This document shows, piece by piece, positions 57,295-64,000 of a stretch of DNA of 64,000 nt. This DNA is from an uncultured Gammaproteobacteria bacterium. Its GTDB lineage: Bacteria > Patescibacteriota > Patescibacteriia > Magasanikbacterales > JBBTQS01. The stretch lies in NCBI GenBank assembly GCA_965230935.1, contig OZ246400.1:758359-822358 (forward strand), read 5' to 3'. The translations under genes were made by a program, and so were the position numbers. Positions within the stretch are counted from its first letter, which is position 1. Each line of letters starts with the position of its first letter. Under the pieces are notes generated by a model. The model did no database searches, was not told the origin of the DNA, and was given only the letters and a program-made list of their open reading frames with translations.

Positions 57295-58803
57295 ATGCAA
57301 TATCGACCAGTCATTGGACTTGAAATTCATGTACAGCTTAAAACGCGCAGCAAAATGTTCTGCGCGTGTGCTAACCGTACCGAGGATGCGCCAATCAATA
57401 CCGATATCTGTCCAATCTGTACTGGTCAGCCAGGATCGCTTCCCACACCAAACGCTCAAGCGATTGCCTATGGGATTACGGCCGCCAAGGCGCTCAATTG
57501 TCGGATTAATGATCAGTCAAAGTTTGATCGCAAAAACTATTTTTATCCTGATCTGCCAAAGGGATATCAGATTTCTCAGTTTGATCAGCCAGTAGGAGAA
57601 GATGGTGTGTTTTCAATTACCGTACCACTTGAGGATGGGCGTACAATTGATAAGCAAGTGGGGATTACTCGACTCCATCTTGAAGAGGACGCGGCAAAGT
57701 TACTCCATCGCGGTGAAAAAACCTTGGTAGATTTTAACCGTGCAAGTGCGCCACTAGCCGAGATTGTTACTGAACCTGACATGCAAAGCGCGAGCGAGGC
57801 CAAGGTGTTCCTGCAAGAGCTACGTTTGCTCATGCGCTACCTTGGTGTATCTCATGCTGATATGGAAAAGGGGCAGATGCGCTGTGATGTGAATGTAAGT
57901 TTGTTGCCACTACAAGATAAAGACGATGTTGAGTTGTCTGATGTTGAACTCCATCCCAAGACTGAAGTCAAAAACGTAAATTCATTTCGTGCAGTCGAAC
58001 GCGCAATCAACCATGAGATCGCGCGGCAAACTGAACTGTGGGAAAAGGGTACCCCACCGGCGCACACCACCACCCGTGGTTGGGATGATGATAAGCAAAT
58101 CACTACCAAGCAACGTACCAAAGAGGCTGCACATGACTATCGGTATTTCCCCGAGCCGGATATTCCACCGATGAACCTGGCGGCACAAGCACAGCACATT
58201 AATTTACCTGAGTTGCCTGCTGATCGTCGTGCTCGTATGGATAAAGAGTATGGTTTTGCCGAGGAGGATATTGAGATTTTTGTACAAAATAAAGCGCTCG
58301 GGGATTATGCCGAGCAGGTTTATTCCGAATTTGGTGCCTGGATGAACAGTAAAGGAGTATCACTTGAGCAAGAGCGAGTGCGTATTGCCAAGCTTGTCGG
58401 TGGGTGGATCACCAATAAATTGGTGCCACGGTTACTTGAGCATAATCAAACAATTGAGGACGTCAAAATTACCCATGAGAATTTCGCTGAGTTTTTGACC
58501 ATCATCTATGAAGAAAAAATTAACAGCACCAATGCGCAAAAGTTGCTCGGTATGATGGTGGCACGAGGGGGTGATCCAAGTCATTTGATGGAAGATCATG
58601 GATTGGGACAGATGCGCGACGGTGACGCGATTGCGCGTGTGGTTGCTGAGGTGATTGAATCACATCCAAAACAAGTGACAGAGTTTCGCGCTGGCAAAGA
58701 AGTGGTGCTTAAGTTTTTAGTTGGCATGTGTATGAAAGCCACTGAAGGAAGTGCTGATCCTGCACTCGTTGCAGACGAGCTTACCAAACAACTTCATCAG
58801 TAA
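57295..58803 (+). CDS. gatB: Aspartyl/glutamyl-tRNA(Asn/Gln) amidotransferase subunit B
   Basis: Starts MQYRPVIGLEIHVQL; has a cysteine cluster CxxC and a C-terminal YqeY-like domain. Confidence 0.9.
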   Translation: MQYRPVIGLEIHVQLKTRSKMFCACANRTEDAPINTDICPICTGQPGSLPTPNAQAIAYGITAAKALNCRINDQSKFDRKNYFYPDLPKGYQISQFDQPVGEDGVFSITVPLEDGRTIDKQVGITRLHLEEDAAKLLHRGEKTLVDFNRASAPLAEIVTEPDMQSASEAKVFLQELRLLMRYLGVSHADMEKGQMRCDVNVSLLPLQDKDDVELSDVELHPKTEVKNVNSFRAVERAINHEIARQTELWEKGTPPAHTTTRGWDDDKQITTKQRTKEAAHDYRYFPEPDIPPMNLAAQAQHINLPELPADRRARMDKEYGFAEEDIEIFVQNKALGDYAEQVYSEFGAWMNSKGVSLEQERVRIAKLVGGWITNKLVPRLLEHNQTIEDVKITHENFAEFLTIIYEEKINSTNAQKLLGMMVARGGDPSHLMEDHGLGQMRDGDAIARVVAEVIESHPKQVTEFRAGKEVVLKFLVGMCMKATEGSADPALVADELTKQLHQ

Positions 58804-58807
58804 TTGC

Positions 58808-59989
58808 ATGCGATTACCAACAATACAATCTCGCCGAACATATCGCAATCAGCGTGTTCTGGTACGGCTTGATCTTAATGTGCCGCTTCGAGGAAGAAAG
58901 GTAATTGATGATGCGCGATTGCGCGCTTCATTACCAACACTTCGATTGTTGCGTGATCGAGGCGCAACCGTGATTATTATTGCGCACCTTGGACGTCCGG
59001 GCGGCACGCCAGACAAAGCGTTGAGTCTTGCGCCCATCGCACGCCAGCTCGGAACACTGTTGCGTACCAAAGTATCGCTGTTGCGTGAGCCAATAGGAAG
59101 TGAGAAGTTGACTCACCAGGTTGAACAACTCACCCCCGGATCAATCGCTATGCTTGAGAACATTCGGTTTTACAAAGCAGAGCTGAGCAATGATACCGCT
59201 TTTGCCAAACAACTCGCGGCACTTGGAGATGCGTATGTAAATGATGCGTTTGCCGTGAACCATCGAAAACACACCAGTTTAGTTGCGCTTGCTAAACAAC
59301 TCCCAGCATTTGCTGGGTTGTTAGTTCAAGATGAGTTGGGTGCAATGAATCATGCGCTTACACCTAAATCGCCAGCAGTGTTGGTGATCGGTGGAATGAA
59401 AATCGAGACAAAGTTGCCGGTGATTCGCCACCTTCTTCCTCGGTTTGATGCGGTATTAGTTTCCGGCGGGGTATTTAATACCATTCTGGCGAGCCAAGGA
59501 CATCGTATTGGTGATTCAGCAAAAGATAGTTCGTTTTACCAAGAAGCACGCTGGTTAGCAAAGCAGAAAAAAGTATGGCTGCCGTTTGATGTCACGATTG
59601 GTACGCCGGACGGGACGCATATCCGTCATGTGCCAATACCCAAAACCAGATCAGTACTGGCAAAAAAAGGATTAGCAATTATGGACATTGGTCCTGCGAC
59701 CATGAAGCTCTACTGCGAGATTATCCGCAGTGCCAAGACGATTGTGTGGAACGGGCCGTTAGGTTTTTTCGAGCAATCTCGGTATCGCCTGGGGACAGAT
59801 GCAATGGCGGCAGCGGTTGGGGAACGTGCCAAAGCAGGAGCCTATGTGCTTGTGGGTGGCGGAGAAACCACTGAGGCGCTTCATACACATCGCATGGTAC
59901 AATATATTACACATGTGAGCACTGGCGGAGGCGCTATGCTTGCGTATTTATCAGGTAAGCAGCTTCCAGCACTTGGAGCGCTTCGATAA
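58808..59989 (+). CDS. pgk: Phosphoglycerate kinase
   Basis: RVLVRLDLNVP N-terminus and hinge GGGASL-type motifs. The ATG at 58808 was chosen because the longer ORF would overlap gatB. Confidence 0.9.
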   Translation: MRLPTIQSRRTYRNQRVLVRLDLNVPLRGRKVIDDARLRASLPTLRLLRDRGATVIIIAHLGRPGGTPDKALSLAPIARQLGTLLRTKVSLLREPIGSEKLTHQVEQLTPGSIAMLENIRFYKAELSNDTAFAKQLAALGDAYVNDAFAVNHRKHTSLVALAKQLPAFAGLLVQDELGAMNHALTPKSPAVLVIGGMKIETKLPVIRHLLPRFDAVLVSGGVFNTILASQGHRIGDSAKDSSFYQEARWLAKQKKVWLPFDVTIGTPDGTHIRHVPIPKTRSVLAKKGLAIMDIGPATMKLYCEIIRSAKTIVWNGPLGFFEQSRYRLGTDAMAAAVGERAKAGAYVLVGGGETTEALHTHRMVQYITHVSTGGGAMLAYLSGKQLPALGALR

Positions 59990-59996
59990 TAAGTAT

Positions 59997-61259
59997 ATGG
60001 CTACACAACGCGCAATCAAATCAATTCATGCACGCGAGATTTTGGACTCGCGTGGAAACCCAACTGTTGCCGTTCGGGTGACGCTTCGCAATGGGATTGT
60101 TGGTGAGGCAAGTGTGCCATCTGGCGCATCGACCGGTGTGCACGAAGCGCATGAGTTGCGTGACAACGATCCAAAGCGCTATGGCGGCAAAGGCGTACGC
60201 AAGGCAGTACGCAATGTGAATACGAAAATCGCAAGCGAGCTTAACGGCGTTGATCCAACCGCGCAACGTGCAGTGGATGAGATTATGTTGACGCTCGATG
60301 GCACGGAAAACAAAACCAAGCTCGGTGCCAATGCTATTCTTGGCGTTTCCTTAGCAGTGGCGCATGCAGCTGCTCGAGCAAAAGGTATTCCGTTGTATCG
60401 CCATATCCGCAATCTTTTTGATCGCAAGAATAAAACGTGGCGCATGCCACAACCAACTATGAATGTGATCAACGGTGGTAAACATGCAAAAAGCGGTTTG
60501 CAAGTACAAGAGTTTATGATCGTGCCATTTGCTCCGTCATTTGCCAAGCGTGTGCAAATGGGCGCCGAAGTATTTCAGATGCTCAAAAAACTTTTGGACA
60601 AGGCAGGGTATGCAACTGGTGTAGGAGATGAGGGTGGATTTGCTCCGGGGTTTACTTCAGAAGAGCAGGCATTTTCTTTCTTGATGAGGGCGATCACCAA
60701 AGCAGGATACAAACCAGGAAAACAAATCGCGCTTGCGACTGACATTGCTGCTTCAGAGTTTTATGTTAACGGCAAGTATGAACTGAAAAAAGGGACACTA
60801 TGGCCAGCAAAAAAAATGATTGCCAAAGTGGTTTCCTGGCAAAAAAAGTATCCATTGGTATCTATTGAAGATCCATTGCATGAAGATGATTGGGACAGCT
60901 GGGCGCAGATTACCAAAGCACTTGGGCGCAAAGCTGCGATTGTAGGTGATGATTTGTTTGTAACAAATGTCACTCGTTTGCAAAACGGTATTGATAATGG
61001 AGTGGCAAATGCTATTTTGATTAAAGTAAACCAAATCGGTTCATTGTCAGAGACGCTTGATTGTATTACACTCGCAAAGCAGCATGGGTATAAGGTATCG
61101 GTGTCGCATCGTTCAGGAGAGACTGGAGACACGACTATTGCTGACCTTGCGGTTGCGGTAAACGCTGATTATTTAAAATCCGGTTCGCTTTCTCGGTCTG
61201 AGCGGGTAGAAAAATACAATCGCGTGATGGAGATTGAAACAGAACTCAAAAATACATAA
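59997..61259 (+). CDS. eno: Enolase
   Basis: Starts EILDSRGNPTV; has SHRSGETGD and IKVNQIGSLSET motifs. Confidence 0.95.
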   Translation: MATQRAIKSIHAREILDSRGNPTVAVRVTLRNGIVGEASVPSGASTGVHEAHELRDNDPKRYGGKGVRKAVRNVNTKIASELNGVDPTAQRAVDEIMLTLDGTENKTKLGANAILGVSLAVAHAAARAKGIPLYRHIRNLFDRKNKTWRMPQPTMNVINGGKHAKSGLQVQEFMIVPFAPSFAKRVQMGAEVFQMLKKLLDKAGYATGVGDEGGFAPGFTSEEQAFSFLMRAITKAGYKPGKQIALATDIAASEFYVNGKYELKKGTLWPAKKMIAKVVSWQKKYPLVSIEDPLHEDDWDSWAQITKALGRKAAIVGDDLFVTNVTRLQNGIDNGVANAILIKVNQIGSLSETLDCITLAKQHGYKVSVSHRSGETGDTTIADLAVAVNADYLKSGSLSRSERVEKYNRVMEIETELKNT

Positions 61260-61269
61260 TTGATACGGT

Positions 61270-62853
61270 ATGGCAAAACAACGACCAAAACCAGTAGTCC
61301 TTATTGTCTGTGATGGGTTTGGTGTTGCCCCTCCAGGAGAGGGCAATGCAATCATTAATGCAAGTACGCCGGTATTTGATCGACTGGTCAAAACCTATCC
61401 TGCTATGACGGTGATTTCCTCAGGTGTAGAGGTTGGACTTTCGCGAGGAGAAATGGGGAATTCAGAAGTTGGGCATCTCAACATTGGTGCTGGTCGTGTG
61501 TATTATCAGATGTTCCCACGGATTAACAAAGCAATTGCTGATGGAAGTTTTTTGGAACTCCCCGCGCTCACCGGCGCTATTGATCATGCAAAAAAGAACA
61601 ACAGTCGGTTGCATGTCATGGGGATTATTAGTCCAGGAAATGTGCATGGGAGTGAAGAGCATGTGTGGGAATTGCTTAAGTTAGCCAAAGCGCAAGAGAT
61701 ACGTGAAGTATATATCCACGCATTTCTTGATGGACGTGATGTTGCGTTTGATACGGGAAAAGAGTTTATTGCTCGTTTGCAAGAGAAGAGTAAAGAGATT
61801 GGTGTTGGGAAAATCGCTACATTGTCTGGGCGGTATTATGCCATGGATCGCGACAATCGTTGGGAGAGAATTGAGTCGGTGTACAATGCCATGGTCAAAG
61901 GGGAGGCAAAGAATACAGGCGAGGATCCGTTGCAATTGATTCAACAGTCTTATGACGCCAAAGTGTATGACGAAGAATTTGTTCCGGCAGTGATTACTAG
62001 TGGTGGCAAGCCGGTTGCAACCGTGCAAAAAGGTGATGCCATTATCTTTAGTAATTTTCGTCCGGATCGTGCACGTCAGCTCACCAAAGCATTTGTGATT
62101 CCGGCATTTGAAAAGTTTAGCCGGGAGTATATTGATGATGTGTATTTTGGTGCCATGGCCGAGTATGAAAAAGGACTTCCGGTCGAAGTAGCGTTTCCAC
62201 CAGAAGTGGTAACCAATTGTTTGGCGCAGACGATCAGCAAGGCCGGGCTCACACAATTTCATATTGCTGAGACAGAAAAGTACGCGCACATTACGTTTTT
62301 CTTAAATGGAACCATTGAAGAGCCGTTTGCTGGAGAAGATCGCAAGATTATCCCATCTCCTAAAGTCGATAGCTATGCCCAAGCGCCAGAGATGTCTGCT
62401 GCAGCCATTGCCAAAGAAACTGTTAAGGTGGTTGAGGCCGGGACCCATGATGTTATTGTCCTTAACTTTGCCAATGCTGACATGGTTGGACATACTGGTG
62501 ATTTGCAAGCGGTGCTAAAAGGAGTTGAGGCGATAGACGCGAGTATTGGAAAAATCGTTGATGCTACATTGGCTAAAGACGGTGTGGTGGTGATTACCGC
62601 TGATCACGGCAATGGTGAGGAGCTACTCAATGTCCAAACTGGCGATATGATTAAAGAACACACCACGAATCCGGTACCGTTTGTTGTTATCGGCAAACAA
62701 TGGGAGGGAGTTTCCGGACCGGGCGGTGATGTGATTGATGGTGATTTAAGTTTAATGCCTCCGGTTGGTATTTTGGCTGATGTGGCACCTACACTTTTGC
62801 ATATCCTCGGTATTGATCAGCCGGCAGAGATGACCGGTCGTTCATTATTGTAA
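61270..62853 (+). CDS. gpmI: 2,3-bisphosphoglycerate-independent phosphoglycerate mutase
   Basis: iPGM N-terminal VVLIVCDGFG and a metal-binding ADHGN region. Confidence 0.9.
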   Translation: MAKQRPKPVVLIVCDGFGVAPPGEGNAIINASTPVFDRLVKTYPAMTVISSGVEVGLSRGEMGNSEVGHLNIGAGRVYYQMFPRINKAIADGSFLELPALTGAIDHAKKNNSRLHVMGIISPGNVHGSEEHVWELLKLAKAQEIREVYIHAFLDGRDVAFDTGKEFIARLQEKSKEIGVGKIATLSGRYYAMDRDNRWERIESVYNAMVKGEAKNTGEDPLQLIQQSYDAKVYDEEFVPAVITSGGKPVATVQKGDAIIFSNFRPDRARQLTKAFVIPAFEKFSREYIDDVYFGAMAEYEKGLPVEVAFPPEVVTNCLAQTISKAGLTQFHIAETEKYAHITFFLNGTIEEPFAGEDRKIIPSPKVDSYAQAPEMSAAAIAKETVKVVEAGTHDVIVLNFANADMVGHTGDLQAVLKGVEAIDASIGKIVDATLAKDGVVVITADHGNGEELLNVQTGDMIKEHTTNPVPFVVIGKQWEGVSGPGGDVIDGDLSLMPPVGILADVAPTLLHILGIDQPAEMTGRSLL

Positions 62854-62868
62854 GATCGTGTCGGTGCA

Positions 62869-63387
62869 TTGAAAGTAGTCTTCATGAAACGTCAACCACA
62901 ACTATTATTTTCGTTAAATCATTGGGCAAACCAAACCCGGGCGCATCTTCGTGTAGTTACGTTTTTTGCCAAATGGTTGCTGTTTATTCTGATCGCGATT
63001 GGATTGGGAGTGCATTGGTATGAAGCAGGACTTTCCCAGGCTTGGCTCGTGGTGGGCGCTGCAGCAGTTGCATGGGTCGCGAATGTTCTTATTGGTAATG
63101 TGGTGAAGCGTCCACGCCCATCAAAGACTCATGCTCGAATCAAAGAAGTATTTGCCCCAATGTCCCATTGGAAAAGTTTTCCATCAGATCACACTGCGCT
63201 TGCGAGCGTCGTTGCCTTTAGTGTATTCTCAATATACCCATTGTTGGGTTGGGGTCTCCTTGCCCTTGCATTAAGCATTGGTCTTTCGCGAGTAGCTGCT
63301 GGATTGCACTATGGGAGTGATATTGTTGGCGGGGCATTTGTTGGCCTTGCTATTACCTTAATTTTTGGCCTTCTTCCTTTGGTATGA
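62869..63387 (+). CDS. PAP2-family membrane phosphatase
   Basis: PAP2 motifs KxxxxxxRP (VKRPRP), PSDHT (PSGH) and SRxxxxxHxxxD (SRVAAGLHYGSD). Confidence 0.75.
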   Translation: MKVVFMKRQPQLLFSLNHWANQTRAHLRVVTFFAKWLLFILIAIGLGVHWYEAGLSQAWLVVGAAAVAWVANVLIGNVVKRPRPSKTHARIKEVFAPMSHWKSFPSDHTALASVVAFSVFSIYPLLGWGLLALALSIGLSRVAAGLHYGSDIVGGAFVGLAITLIFGLLPLV

Positions 63388-64000
63388 AAATTGTTATCCG
63401 CGCTGGTGGACATGGTACGCGATTGTGGCCATTGTCTCGACGCCACAAACCAAAACAGTTTCATTCGATTTTGAATGAAAAAACATTGTTGCGTAACACG
63501 TTTGAACGTGTCTATCCGTTGGTCGAATCAACGGATGATATTTATGTTTCGTGTAATGAAGAATATGCACAGCGGTTGCAAGAGATGATTCCAGAGGTAC
63601 CAAGCAAAAATTTTATTCTCGAACCCGAAGCACGCAATACTGGCCCAGCCGTTGCACTCGAGTCCGCATACTTGCATGCACATGATGTTGCTGATGACGA
63701 GATGATTGTCACTATCCCCGCAGATGATCATGTGGGCAATGAGGATGCCTTTCGGCAAATGGTTCAGGACATTGATGTGTTTTTAAAAAGTCATAGCGAG
63801 TATGTGGTTGCGCCTGCGGTAGTGCCAATGATTCCGAGTGATGGGTATAGTTATTTAAGTCCCGGAGTGCAGATTGATACGGTGCACACCTACGCGTTTA
63901 CCTTAATTGGAGAGTGGCTCGAAAAACCAGATCAGACCAAGAGTCGAGAGTTGTTGCGCAGCGGTAAGCATTTTGCCCATGTTGGGATGTACATGTGGCA
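63384..64000 (+). CDS. Sugar-1-phosphate nucleotidyltransferase (mannose-1-phosphate guanylyltransferase-like), truncated at its 3' end by the window edge
   Basis: Starts MKIVIRAGGHGTRLWPLS (the GxGTRLxPLS signature); the ATG overlaps the PAP2 stop (ATGA). Confidence 0.7.
   Translation, partial: MKIVIRAGGHGTRLWPLSRRHKPKQFHSILNEKTLLRNTFERVYPLVESTDDIYVSCNEEYAQRLQEMIPEVPSKNFILEPEARNTGPAVALESAYLHAHDVADDEMIVTIPADDHVGNEDAFRQMVQDIDVFLKSHSEYVVAPAVVPMIPSDGYSYLSPGVQIDTVHTYAFTLIGEWLEKPDQTKSRELLRSGKHFAHVGMYMW

Overview
This window has a moderate-GC backbone of roughly 45% GC, carrying compact housekeeping operons with short intergenic spacers, a pattern that resembles a reduced genome such as a CPR/Patescibacteria-like lineage (inference only). 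The housekeeping genes are secE-nusG-rplK-rplA, gyrB, alr, ftsW/rodA, rplY, prmC-prfA-rpmE, rpsB-tsf, gap, thyA-folA, typA, gatB and pgk-eno-gpmI. A copper homeostasis cluster sits at 6.7-13.5 kb, and nucleotide salvage genes (dcd, dCMP deaminase fusion, kinases) sit at 53.5-56.4 kb. A 5' truncated giant surface protein starts the window. Several clearly foreign, GC-rich (about 60%) segments are superimposed on this backbone. (1) At 14.1-19.8 kb there is a tandem pair of islands integrated into the 3' end of tRNA-Gly(GCC), with two 46-nt direct repeats of the tRNA 3' half. They carry a C-terminally truncated tyrosine integrase, an XRE regulator, a TOPRIM/OLD-like remnant, a promoter-driven noncoding stretch, and an SF2 helicase with four C-terminal Trp-rich repeats and an exact 48-bp internal duplication. 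(2) Small GC-rich single-gene insertions sit next to tRNA-fMet (5.9 kb), between rplA and rplK (21.5 kb), after gap (40.5 kb) and before thyA (42.3 kb); those at 40.5 and 42.3 kb have their own near-consensus TTGACA-N17-TATGAT-type promoter (as does the island helicase), a weaker one precedes the 5.9 kb gene, and none was found for the 21.5 kb insert. (3) An AT-rich accessory region at 47.2-53.5 kb ends in a short tyrosine recombinase and holds cassette-like minus-strand genes (small membrane proteins, GNAT, CZB, Fic, LTXXQ) plus two structurally conserved, sequence-divergent imperfect palindromes. These palindromes have an integron attC-like R/L box architecture and compensatory stem changes, which makes this region the best candidate for an undescribed cassette-capture or structured-RNA system. 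No rRNA or CRISPR array was seen.
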